A stretch of 64,000 nt of DNA from positions 30,046 through 94,045 of the forward strand of contig CAZGTC010000001.1 of the NCBI GenBank assembly GCA_964528395.1, in the 5' to 3' direction. Origin of the DNA: an uncultured bacterium (GTDB taxonomy: Bacteria > Margulisbacteria > WOR-1 > CAZGTC01). The notes beneath the pieces were generated by a model. That model searched no databases and was not told the origin of the DNA. It saw nothing but the letters and a program-made list of their open reading frames with translations. Shown here piece by piece: positions 30,122 through 38,807 of this stretch (the first letter of the stretch is position 1; each line of letters begins with the position of its first letter). A program made the translations under genes and the position numbers.

Positions 30122-30673
30122 TTAGTTAATTTTCCCTCCTAAATTGAGCCAGAGAAAACCGAGAGCTGTTTGTGCGGCATTTTCTCTTATTTCGCTGCGG
30201 CTGCCGTTCAGGTGCAGTTCTTTAGCCTGCGTGCCTTTTTCGTTTGAAAAAGCTATAAATACTGTTCCTGGCTGCGCCCTTAAGAGCGGGTCAGGACCAG
30301 CCGCGCCGGTAGCAGACAAGCCAAGATTGGTTTTGAACCTTTGGCGGATGCCTTCAGCCATGGCAACCGCGGTTTCGCGGCTGACCGGGCCGAATTTCGA
30401 GATCACAGCTGGGGGAACATTGGCTTCCATAATTTTTATGCGGTTGTGATAGCAGACCGCACTGCCGATAAAATATTCCGAGGCCCCGGGAGGCGAAGAT
30501 AAGCGGCTAGAAATCATCCCGCCGGTCAAAGATTCAGCCACAGCAATGGTTAAATTATCATGGATTAAAATATCTGCAATTTGCTGGTCGGTAATTTTTC
30601 CGATAATTGACAGCATTTGGTCAAAAAAGGTTTCTAATTTTATTTCCGTTGTTTTTATTTTTTCTTCAGCCAT
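30122..30673 (-). CDS. pncC: CinA-family nicotinamide-nucleotide amidohydrolase domain protein
   Basis: 183 aa; AVAESLTGGMISSRL and SATGAAGPD motifs. Confidence 0.8.
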   Translation of the reverse strand: MAEEKIKTTEIKLETFFDQMLSIIGKITDQQIADILIHDNLTIAVAESLTGGMISSRLSSPPGASEYFIGSAVCYHNRIKIMEANVPPAVISKFGPVSRETAVAMAEGIRQRFKTNLGLSATGAAGPDPLLRAQPGTVFIAFSNEKGTQAKELHLNGSRSEIRENAAQTALGFLWLNLGGKIN

Positions 30674-31163
30674 TTTTTTCTACTTTTATTATAATTTCCG
30701 CGCCCGAAACCAAAGTCAAGATGCAAGCCATCCAGAGCAGGGTTGCTGCAAAAACTAAATTCAAAATATATGCGCTAATTGCCAAGACTTGGGAAAAAGT
30801 TTTTAATTTTCCCCAGCTGTCTGCAGCAATTACCCGGTTTTTTCTGCCTTTAGCCATGCGGTATCCGGTTATTAAGATTTCCCGGCCGATAATTAAAAGA
30901 ACCGCGGCGATTGGCGCCTGGCTTTTAAGAATTAAAGCCACAAGGCAGCTAATCACCAGCAATTTATCGGCCAAAGGGTCCAAAAATTTTCCCAAGGAGC
31001 TTTCGCATTTCAGATAGCGGGCTAAAAACCCGTCGAGGATGTCCGAAAGCGCAATGGCCAAAAAAATGGCCAAAGATATGCCAGGATCAAATTTAAATAA
31101 AGAGACGATTAAGAGGGGGATAAAAACAATTCTTAGAATCGTTATGAGATTGGGCAGGTTCAA
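30666..31163 (-). CDS. pgsA: CDP-diacylglycerol--glycerol-3-phosphate 3-phosphatidyltransferase
   Basis: 165 aa; CDP-alcohol phosphatidyltransferase motif DILDGFLAR...DPLADK. Confidence 0.85.
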   Translation of the reverse strand: MNLPNLITILRIVFIPLLIVSLFKFDPGISLAIFLAIALSDILDGFLARYLKCESSLGKFLDPLADKLLVISCLVALILKSQAPIAAVLLIIGREILITGYRMAKGRKNRVIAADSWGKLKTFSQVLAISAYILNLVFAATLLWMACILTLVSGAEIIIKVEKNG

Positions 31164-32473
31164 GTAACCGGTCGGGCGAGAAGGTCATAAGGCAAGGCAG
31201 CTAGAACCTTGGCTTTTATGATTTCTCCTGGGTTTATTTTTTTGCCAGTTATTATAACCGAACCATCGATTTCTGGAGCATCCATATATGACCGGCCCAC
31301 GCTGCCTTTAGGAGTGACTTTATCTATTAAAACTTCGATTATTTTCCCGATCATTTTCTTGTTTTTCTCTTCTGAAACCGATTTTTGTAAACTCATTAAG
31401 GTTCTTAATCTTTTTCTCTTTAATGGAGCTGGAACCTGTCCCCTCATCTTATTTGCCAGCGTGCCAGCTTCTCGAGAATATTCAAAAACACCCAATCTTT
31501 CAAACTTCGTCTCTTTAACAAAATTAAAAAGTTCTTCAAAATCTTTTTGCGTTTCCCCTGGGAACCCGACAATTAAAGAAGTCCGAAGAACTATGCCTGG
31601 TATTTCCCTCCTAATTTTTTGAATGAGCCGGATGAGCTTATTTTTGGGCGTTTTACGGCCCATTTTCGATAAAATGTTATCACATATATGCTGGATTGGC
31701 AAGTCAAGATACTTAACGATTTTCTTCTCTTTTGCCATGATTTTTATCAATTCCGGGGTAATATGTTTGGGGTGGGTGTACATGATGCGGATCCATTTTA
31801 TGGCTGGGATTTGGCAAGTTTTTCGCAGTAATTCAACAAATTTTGGATGCTGGGTCGTGTCTTGGGCAACAAAAATGATTTCTTTTACCCCTTGTTTAGC
31901 TAATTGTTTTACTTCAGCGATGACATCGACTAATGGCCGGCTATGATAATTCCCGCGGATTGAGGGAATTAAACAATAAGAACAGCGGTTATTGCACCCA
32001 TCCGCGATTTTGACATAGGCAGTGTGGGGTGGGGTAAGTTTTAAACGCGGAATATTATGAGAAAATAGTATGGCTCCGGACTTAGCTTGGGATTTAGTAA
32101 TTGGGATTTTATTTGGATTTTGGATTTTGACATTGGGATTTTTTAGGAGGTCTAATATCTGTTCTAATTGATTACACCCTAGCCAAACATCAATTTCTTT
32201 TAGAGGAGGTTTTTTTTCACGCTTGGGCAGGCAGCCGATAACTGCCAAAATTTTACAACAGCCGGTTTTTTTGTATTGGCTGTATTTTTTTATGGTTTGA
32301 ATGGATTCTGCAACCGAAGATTTTAAAAATGCGCAAGTATTGATGAGAATAATTTCTGCGAGCTTAGGATTTGTGGTTAAACTAAAACCATTGGTCAATA
32401 ATATTCCCAAAACTGCTTCAGAATCAGTTAGGTTTTTTGGGCAACCCAGGCTTAAAAGATAGATTAAGTTCAC
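31160..32473 (-). CDS. rimO: ribosomal protein S12 methylthiotransferase
   Basis: 437 aa; SLGCPKNLTDSE, radical-SAM CNNRCSYC, C-terminal TRAM; GTG start overlapping doc stop (GTGA); in-frame repeat-derived segment at ~32095-32160. Confidence 0.8.
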   Translation of the reverse strand: MNLIYLLSLGCPKNLTDSEAVLGILLTNGFSLTTNPKLAEIILINTCAFLKSSVAESIQTIKKYSQYKKTGCCKILAVIGCLPKREKKPPLKEIDVWLGCNQLEQILDLLKNPNVKIQNPNKIPITKSQAKSGAILFSHNIPRLKLTPPHTAYVKIADGCNNRCSYCLIPSIRGNYHSRPLVDVIAEVKQLAKQGVKEIIFVAQDTTQHPKFVELLRKTCQIPAIKWIRIMYTHPKHITPELIKIMAKEKKIVKYLDLPIQHICDNILSKMGRKTPKNKLIRLIQKIRREIPGIVLRTSLIVGFPGETQKDFEELFNFVKETKFERLGVFEYSREAGTLANKMRGQVPAPLKRKRLRTLMSLQKSVSEEKNKKMIGKIIEVLIDKVTPKGSVGRSYMDAPEIDGSVIITGKKINPGEIIKAKVLAALPYDLLARPVT

Positions 32474-32862
32474 GCAAGTATAATTCTTTCAATTATCCAT
32501 TGTTTTATTTTTTGGAAGGCTAGTTTGTTTTGGGCGATATTAATTACAAAATCTACAATTTCTCTGTCTTTAAATTCCCAAATATACCAGTTTTCTACTA
32601 AAAATAATTTTGTCAATATTGCTGCGGTTCTTTTATTACCATCGACGAAAGGATGTAGCCTAATAATACCTTCTAATAGAGCAGCTGCTTTATCAAATAA
32701 ATCCGGAAAGAATTCTATCCCATTGGATAGGCCTGTAAATGGTTTATTGAGGGCAGCATCTAGAGATTCTACGCTTATTAATCCTTTTAATCCTCCAAAT
32801 TCTTCGATGATTTTATCGTGTAAATCAATTACTTTTTCTAGCTTCAGAAATTCCTTTTTCAT
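32470..32862 (-). CDS. doc: Doc-family (Fic/Doc) toxin
   Basis: 130 aa; HPFVDGNKRTA matches the Doc motif HxFx(D/N)GNKR. Confidence 0.75.
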   Translation of the reverse strand: MKKEFLKLEKVIDLHDKIIEEFGGLKGLISVESLDAALNKPFTGLSNGIEFFPDLFDKAAALLEGIIRLHPFVDGNKRTAAILTKLFLVENWYIWEFKDREIVDFVINIAQNKLAFQKIKQWIIERIILA

Positions 32863-33011
32863 TTATTAGCAAGTTCTTTCCAAGCTCCAGCGTGTTTTTT
32901 TATGATAGTTTTATACTCTTTTGAGTTTTTTTTGAAGACTTTTTCTGTTGCTATGATAAGCCTTGATAATTGTTTTTTCCCTTCTTTAGTTAAATTTTCT
33001 TTTTTAGTCAT
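32859..33011 (-). CDS. small ORF, putative Doc-partner antitoxin
   Basis: 50 aa (MTKKENLTKEGKKQLSRLIIATEKVFKK...); ATGA overlap with doc start; RBS-like GAGGTG 5 nt upstream; not in ORF track. Confidence 0.35.
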   Translation of the reverse strand: MTKKENLTKEGKKQLSRLIIATEKVFKKNSKEYKTIIKKHAGAWKELANK

Positions 33012-33032
33012 TTAAACACCTCTTTTATTATT

Positions 33033-33185
33033 TTAATCTTTGGAGGGCCATTTATCTGGGTCAGGGCCGTATTTTTTTACGTTGTCTTGGATTTTCTGCT
33101 TAAAAAGAGCAACATTATTTTGCAGTTTGGCAATCGTGGCTTCGAAAGTTTCAATTTGTTTCATGAGATCATCAAGTTTTGACAT
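33033..33185 (-). CDS. small predicted coiled-coil protein
   Basis: 50 aa (MSKLDDLMKQIETFEATIAKLQNN...); strong RBS AAGGAG 5 nt upstream; not in ORF track. Confidence 0.35.
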   Translation of the reverse strand: MSKLDDLMKQIETFEATIAKLQNNVALFKQKIQDNVKKYGPDPDKWPSKD

Positions 33186-33233
33186 GTTTTCTCCTTAACT
33201 TTATTTTACCATGAATCTAAGCGAAAAGTTCTT

Positions 33234-33893
33234 TTAAGTTTTTTGGTGCTCAACCAGGTGCATAGCAAGATCGGCAAAAGTTTTTAACCCCATAAAAATT
33301 AGGATTGCCAAGCTTTTATGCAAAAGTCCGGCCGCCCCTCCGAAGATAATCGTTAAATGCATGGGAATAATGCGAAAATATGGAAAAAACATCATTTTTC
33401 CCAGATTTTGTTTTGTTTCCCTTTCTTTGGGCCAATGGCTGATTAAAGATATGAAGTGATTTATAAAAAACAAGCCCCAAATGCTAAAAATGCTTAAAAA
33501 ATTGATCGATGAGCTTGATCCTGCGGCTGAAAAAGATATTAAGAACATACCATAAACTAAGTGAAAGATGCCGTAATGTATCAGAAAGAAAAAAGCCGCA
33601 GTATTTTTGGCCGCGGAGCTAACATCAATTATTTTGCCGTTCATGGTCATGCCGCTGGAGTCAAAATTTTTTAGGGTTAGTATTTTTATGAAACTTGCCA
33701 GCCCGATAATTACGCTTTGTCCCCAATAAGCCAGCATTAGGTCATTGACATTCCAGTGCTGGAAAATCGCAGCAGCCATAGTTATCAGGTTTGAAAGAAT
33801 AAGAAAAATAAGGGAAGGTTCGGTAAAGAGGTTTTTGGATATTTTCACCTGGTCAAAGCCTATTTTCCCCAATCCCATACTCATTTGCGGCAT
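33234..33893 (-). CDS. hypothetical integral membrane protein
   Basis: 219 aa; several hydrophobic helices; no family recognised. Confidence 0.45.
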   Translation of the reverse strand: MPQMSMGLGKIGFDQVKISKNLFTEPSLIFLILSNLITMAAAIFQHWNVNDLMLAYWGQSVIIGLASFIKILTLKNFDSSGMTMNGKIIDVSSAAKNTAAFFFLIHYGIFHLVYGMFLISFSAAGSSSSINFLSIFSIWGLFFINHFISLISHWPKERETKQNLGKMMFFPYFRIIPMHLTIIFGGAAGLLHKSLAILIFMGLKTFADLAMHLVEHQKT

Positions 33894-33942
33894 AAATTTA
33901 TTATAGCAGTTTTTTGGTTTTTCCGTGTTAAAATTACCTCCT

Positions 33943-34695
33943 ATGCAGCATAGGCATACTAATTGGAATAAAGTGGCAAAATGGTACGATGGCTTAGTGG
34001 GAGAAAAAGGTTCGAACTTTCACCAGTCAATAATTTTCCCGCGGGTTTTGGATATTCTGAAAAATAAAAAAGCCAAAAAAGTCCTGGATATTGCCTGTGG
34101 CCAAGGGGCTTTTTGCCGCCAATTATTTAAGGAGGGGTTTTCTGCAACGGGCGTAGATGCTGCGGAAAACCTCATTCGCTTAGCTCGGCAAAGAACTCCT
34201 AAAGCAGACTATTTTGTGGCAGCTGCGGATAAAATGATAAATTTAAAATCCCAATCTTTTGATGCTGCGGTTTGCATCTTGGCGATCCAAAATATGGATC
34301 CGATTGAGCCGGTTTTTCAAGAGATAAAGAGAGTTTTAAAACCCGGAGGATCTTTTCTTCTGGTCATGAATCACCCCTGCTTCCGCATTCCCCGGCAGAG
34401 CGGGTGGGGGATTGACGAAAAAAGGAAGCTGCAGTACCGCCGCATCGACAGTTACCTTTCTCCCCAGAAAATTCCCATAAGGATGCATCCCGGGGCGGAT
34501 CCAAAAACCATGACGATCAGCTTTCACCGGCCGCTAGAAAATTATTTTAAGGCTTTGGCTGGGGCGGGGTTTTGCGTGGAGAATTTGGAAGAATGGAGTT
34601 CGCACCGCCAGAGTTTGGCTGGCAAAACCAAAAAAATGGAAGATCGCGCTCGAGATGAAATCCCGCTGTTTTTAATGATTAGTGCAAGACTATAA
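33943..34695 (+). CDS. class I SAM-dependent methyltransferase
   Basis: Motif I VLDIACGQGAF; start set at the first ATG (the track start at 33925 is GTG). Confidence 0.75.
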   Translation: MQHRHTNWNKVAKWYDGLVGEKGSNFHQSIIFPRVLDILKNKKAKKVLDIACGQGAFCRQLFKEGFSATGVDAAENLIRLARQRTPKADYFVAAADKMINLKSQSFDAAVCILAIQNMDPIEPVFQEIKRVLKPGGSFLLVMNHPCFRIPRQSGWGIDEKRKLQYRRIDSYLSPQKIPIRMHPGADPKTMTISFHRPLENYFKALAGAGFCVENLEEWSSHRQSLAGKTKKMEDRARDEIPLFLMISARL

Positions 34696-34781
34696 TGAAG
34701 TAATAAGCAATAAGAAATAAGTAATAAGAAAAAGATTATTTTACATCGATTTTTGGGCTGACGAAGAGAAGAATAAATATA

Positions 34782-36068
34782 TTGGAAGATCAAAAACAAA
34801 ACCATATTTTTTTTGTTATTGATGAGCTGTTGTTTGAAAATAATGTAAATAATGGGCCAATAGATTTATTAATTTATTTAACTAATATACTAAACAAGAT
34901 AAATATTAAATCTGTTAGTAATAAAATATTGGAGATAGGCAGCATCAATTATGTAATTAAAGATGAAGAGATATTTTTTTATAATATTAAAGGAATTAAA
35001 AGCTCTCTTCCTTCTTATCGTATTGAAGAACCGGTCTGGGGAAAAATTGATAAAATACCTGAAAAAGAATTTGTATTACAATATAAAATTGCTAAGAATT
35101 TATCAGCGGATTATTATGTTTCCGCTGATAAACATTTTAAATCGCTTCTTAAAGAACAAAAAAGAGGCCAACATAGGAATACACAGATAATCCCGCCTTT
35201 GAAAGCGCTAAGATTAGTGCGGGCTTTGCTTCATGCTAACGATGTTAGGTTTGGTGCAGCTCAATTTGCTTCTGTTAAGGAGTCTGTTATGAGCAGGGCG
35301 CCCTTCCATTTTTCCAAAAATCTCAACCTTATTTTTGATAAGAATAGATCAACTTATAAAAAATTACCGGTAGAAATTGGATGGGGCATTAGAAATATTT
35401 TATCGTTTCTTATTGAGACAAGGGATAAGATTGAAATCTTATTTTATGAGAAACAGAATGAATATAATGCTATAGTTGATAGCGTTTATTATTTGAACTA
35501 TTTTTTTATTTTAATGTGTTCGCTTTTTGATAATCTAGCTTGGTTTCTTGTTAAATATTATGATATCAAATATGATGATCCCAAAAGAGTAAAGTTAAAT
35601 GAATATAGGATTAAAAATAGCGTTCTTTGTAAATTTTTTTCAGAAACTAATGAGCATAACGATCTCCATGAATTTATTCAAGAAAAGCACAATTTTATTG
35701 AAATATTTTTCCCTTTGAGAAATTTAATCGCTCATCGACCTAGAATTCCTTCTCTGCTTACTAGTGTTGATAAGAGCAGGTATATTACCTATGATATAGG
35801 CTTGGAAAATGGCTTATTTGACTACTTAAAATCAAAAGACGGAAAAAAATATAATGTAAAATATTGGTATGATAAAGATGAAGACGAGAATAAAATATCT
35901 ATATCTCCTTTGAAATTTATATATGCTGTATTTGATGACTTGAAGATTTTTTTAGATTTACTATTCCAAAACATTTATAAATACAAGAGCGAGGTAGACT
36001 CCCCATTAATATTTAAAGCAAAGTCGGATCCTGTTTGCGATAGTTTGGCAAAATTAGAATCAGTATAA
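34782..36068 (+). CDS. hypothetical protein, possible Abi-like HEPN abortive-infection protein
   Basis: 428 aa; markedly AT-rich; FPLRNLIAHRP contains an RNxxAH (Rx4H) HEPN-type motif; next to a tRNA and flanked by direct repeats. Confidence 0.4.
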   Translation: MEDQKQNHIFFVIDELLFENNVNNGPIDLLIYLTNILNKINIKSVSNKILEIGSINYVIKDEEIFFYNIKGIKSSLPSYRIEEPVWGKIDKIPEKEFVLQYKIAKNLSADYYVSADKHFKSLLKEQKRGQHRNTQIIPPLKALRLVRALLHANDVRFGAAQFASVKESVMSRAPFHFSKNLNLIFDKNRSTYKKLPVEIGWGIRNILSFLIETRDKIEILFYEKQNEYNAIVDSVYYLNYFFILMCSLFDNLAWFLVKYYDIKYDDPKRVKLNEYRIKNSVLCKFFSETNEHNDLHEFIQEKHNFIEIFFPLRNLIAHRPRIPSLLTSVDKSRYITYDIGLENGLFDYLKSKDGKKYNVKYWYDKDEDENKISISPLKFIYAVFDDLKIFLDLLFQNIYKYKSEVDSPLIFKAKSDPVCDSLAKLESV

Positions 36069-36168
36069 ATACTAAAAAACTCCCAGATTTTTTAACTGTA
36101 TTAGAACAAAAAGACAACATGTATTAGAACATTTGTCTTATGCTAAAAAATAATGGAAGTAAAAATAA

Positions 36169-36513
36169 TTACTTCTGTGAATTTATCAAGCCGGAGAACA
36201 TTTTTGATAATTCTTCTACTATGCTATTGAATTTTTCTATTGTTTCTTCTCCAGGATTTGAATGCAATAAAATAAGATCAAAACAAGTTGCCGTTTCATT
36301 TAAAGAAGCCCTTGCTGTAATATAGAAATGCTTTTTATCGTTTTTTGTAAATCTGCCATAACCTTCAGAAAAATTTAAGATAATCGAGATGACTGCCCTT
36401 AATATTTGGTCTTTTAATGGTCGGGGAACATTGGTATTAAGGCAATTGTTTACTAAAGAATATAACTCTTTTGCCTTTTTGTAGATTTCTTTATCTTTAA
36501 AATCAGTAAACAA
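36169..36513 (-). CDS. four-helix-bundle protein (TIGR02436 / 23S rRNA IVS protein family)
   Basis: 114 aa; characteristic ILNFSEGYGRF ... ITARASLNET pattern. Confidence 0.8.
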   Translation of the reverse strand: MFTDFKDKEIYKKAKELYSLVNNCLNTNVPRPLKDQILRAVISIILNFSEGYGRFTKNDKKHFYITARASLNETATCFDLILLHSNPGEETIEKFNSIVEELSKMFSGLINSQK

Positions 36514-36644
36514 AGCTTTTTTCCTTCTTTTTTCTTATTTCTTGTTACTTATTTCTTAAATATTGCGAAAGACAAGGGGGACTTATTAAGAAACAAGTAA
36601 TAAGCAATAAGTAGCAAGAAAAATATTGCTTTCGCAATATTTTA

Positions 36645-36716
36645 TGGGCCTTGTAGGATTCGAACCTACAACCAATCGGTTATGAGCCGAGTGCTCTACC
36701 CTTGAGCTAAAGGCCC
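36645..36716 (-). tRNA. tRNA with CAT anticodon, elongator type; probably tRNA-Ile2 (lysidine)
   Basis: GGGCCTTTAGCTCAAGGGTAGAGCACTCGGCTCATAACCGATTGGTTGTAGGTTCGAATCCTACAAGGCCCA folds as a cloverleaf; G1:C72 paired so not initiator; tilS is 2 kb away. Confidence 0.8.
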
Positions 36717-36760
36717 GCAATCCGAGTATTATAACAAAAATTGTGTTAAAATTTCCTTTT

Positions 36761-37687
36761 ATGCTTAATCTAAAAGATAAAATTATTGAACTAAAGAAGA
36801 AAAAAAACGCTGTAATTTTGGCGCATAACTACCAGAATCCAGAGATCCAAGATATTGCGGATTTTACCGGGGATTCTCTCGGTCTTTCGATCAAAGCTTC
36901 TAAAACTAAGGCTGATATTATTTTGTTTTGCGGCGTGCATTTTATGGCAGAAACCGCGGTGCTTGCTTCCCCTTCTAAAAAAGTCATTCTCCCAGATATA
37001 ACTGCCGGATGCCCTATGGCAGATATGATCACCGCAGATGATCTGCGCAAGCTCAAAATCCAAAACCTGCCTGCCGACAGGCACGGTCCAAAATCCAAAG
37101 TAGTTTGCTATGTAAATAGTTCGGCCGAAGTTAAAGCAGAATCTGATATTTGCTGCACCTCGGCCAATTCAGTTGATGTAGTTAATTCGATCAAAGATAC
37201 TGATGAAATAATTTTTGTGCCGGATAAATATTTGGGGATGTATACGCAGAGCAAATGTCCGGATAAAAAATTTATTTTATGGAATGGTTATTGTCCCACC
37301 CACGCTAGAATTTTGCCGGAATATTTAGAAGTAGCAAAGGCCAATCATCCCAAGGCTAAGGTTTTGGTTCATCCGGAATGCCGGCCGGAAGTTATTGCGC
37401 AAGCAGACGAAGTTTTATCCACTGGAGGTATGATAAAATTTGTCCAAAAAGCAGAAGCAAAAGAATTTATTATTGCGACAGAGATCAATATGCTTTATGC
37501 TTTGAAAAAAATTGCCCCGGATAAAATTTTCTATCCAGCCACAGAACTTGCCACTTGTCCGAATATGCGAAAAATTACCCTGGAAAAAGTCATCTGGTCG
37601 CTGGAAGAAGAAAAAACAATTGTTACTGTCCCGCAGGAAATAGCTGTCAGGGCTAAAAGAGCAGTTGACGCAATGCTGAGCATATAA
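36761..37687 (+). CDS. nadA: quinolinate synthase
   Basis: ILAHNYQ, DIADFTGDSL, CPMA, YVNS, CTSAN, HPEC blocks; start set at ATG 36761 (track start is GTG). Confidence 0.85.
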   Translation: MLNLKDKIIELKKKKNAVILAHNYQNPEIQDIADFTGDSLGLSIKASKTKADIILFCGVHFMAETAVLASPSKKVILPDITAGCPMADMITADDLRKLKIQNLPADRHGPKSKVVCYVNSSAEVKAESDICCTSANSVDVVNSIKDTDEIIFVPDKYLGMYTQSKCPDKKFILWNGYCPTHARILPEYLEVAKANHPKAKVLVHPECRPEVIAQADEVLSTGGMIKFVQKAEAKEFIIATEINMLYALKKIAPDKIFYPATELATCPNMRKITLEKVIWSLEEEKTIVTVPQEIAVRAKRAVDAMLSI

Positions 37688-37803
37688 ATCCCAATTAACC
37701 AAATCCAAATATCAAATAAAATCCCAATGACCAATAATCCAATTAGAAATTTGTGAATTGGATGATTTATTTGTCATTTGCTAATTGGGATTTTGGATTT
37801 TTC
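37686..37803. repeat. inverted-repeat element (ggatttt family) filling the nadA / response-regulator convergent spacer; possible bidirectional terminator
   Basis: Left arm aaatcccaattaaccaaatccaaat, right arm attgggattttggattttt; internal hairpin tccaatt-N11-aattgga followed by a T-rich run. Confidence 0.45.
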
Positions 37804-37804
37804 C

Positions 37805-38230
37805 CTAATGTATGTTGCCCGGTCCTTCAGAGGGGGTGCCTTTGGTGGTTTTGCTGCGGCGGCGGCGCAGGGCTCTTTCAACTAATTCGTAAATTTCTTC
37901 CATTAAAAAGGGTTTTCTCAAATATTCCAAAGCACCAAGGGTAATGGCATTGGAGTGGGAAGATTCGGTGGCATAAGCTGTAACAATAACGCATTCAAGG
38001 GAAGGGTCTTTTTGCTTTAAGTTCTTTAAGATTTCGATCCCGTCCATGCCCGGCAATTTAAGGTCAATAAACGCCAGGTCAAATTTGCCGGATTCCAGGG
38101 AGTTTATGGCCGAAGGCCCGTCAGCAAAGGTTTCTACTTCGTAATCTTTTATTTGCAGGATCATTTTAAAGGATTCTAGAACCGAGGGTTCATCATCTAC
38201 TACCATGATTTTGACTTTGTCTTGCGGCAC
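37805..38230 (-). CDS. single-domain response regulator (CheY-like receiver)
   Basis: 141 aa; MVVDDE ... FDLAFIDLKLPGMDG ... receiver signature; GTG start with RBS AGGGAGGG. Confidence 0.8.
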   Translation of the reverse strand: MPQDKVKIMVVDDEPSVLESFKMILQIKDYEVETFADGPSAINSLESGKFDLAFIDLKLPGMDGIEILKNLKQKDPSLECVIVTAYATESSHSNAITLGALEYLRKPFLMEEIYELVERALRRRRSKTTKGTPSEGPGNIH

Positions 38231-38390
38231 GATTTTCCCTCCCTGTGAAGAATTATTCAGCGTTTAAAGTGTAACAGAAAGGCTTTTGCATTGCAATATT
38301 TTTTTGGGTATGATAGTATCTGTTTTCGAGGAAAATAGAGCTATTTTTCCCCCAATTCCTTGTTTTTCAAGCGTTTGCGGGGAAAGTTAT

Positions 38391-38464
38391 GGCTGGGTAG
38401 CTCAGCTGGTTAGAGCAAACGGCTCATACCCGTTGTGTCGGCAGTTCGAATCTGCCCCCAGCCA
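38391..38464 (+). tRNA. tRNA-Met (CAT), elongator type
   Basis: GGCTGGGTAGCTCAGCTGGTTAGAGCAAACGGCTCATACCCGTTGTGTCGGCAGTTCGAATCTGCCCCCAGCCA; canonical arms; G1:C72 paired. Confidence 0.8.
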
Positions 38465-38477
38465 AAAATGAAAAATT

Positions 38478-38804
38478 ATGAAACAAGTAAATAAGTCTTT
38501 AGCAGCATTATCTTATCTTTTGTTTTTTCCGTGCTTTTTGGTGGTTTTGACCAATTGGCGCATGAGTAATTTTGAGGCGCGCCATGCAGCTCAGGCTTTT
38601 TTTTATTGGATGGAGTTTTTGCTGGCCTTGGTTTTGTTGCGGTCGGCGATGTTTTTTTTGGGCTGGTTTGGAGTGGCGGGGATTTTTTCTTTTATCCTCT
38701 TTCTGTTTTTCTGGTTTAGGAGCTTCAAATATACTTATTTGGCTTTAAAGGGTCGGACCTTTAAGCTATTTTTAATTGGGGACTGGGCGCAAAAGCTGGT
38801 TTAG
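38478..38804 (+). CDS. small hypothetical membrane protein
   Basis: 108 aa; hydrophobic helices; no family recognised. Confidence 0.4.
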   Translation: MKQVNKSLAALSYLLFFPCFLVVLTNWRMSNFEARHAAQAFFYWMEFLLALVLLRSAMFFLGWFGVAGIFSFILFLFFWFRSFKYTYLALKGRTFKLFLIGDWAQKLV

Positions 38805-38807
38805 TTT

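Noticed and set aside
34697-36640. Integrated mobile element (prophage/ICE) next to the tRNA
   Set aside because: No integrase, transposase or phage structural gene present; only composition and direct repeats support acquisition, so reported as an island-like segment rather than a mobile element
38286-38471. 61-aa ORF
   Set aside because: Overlaps the tRNA-Met gene at 38391-38464; the tRNA cloverleaf is the better explanation
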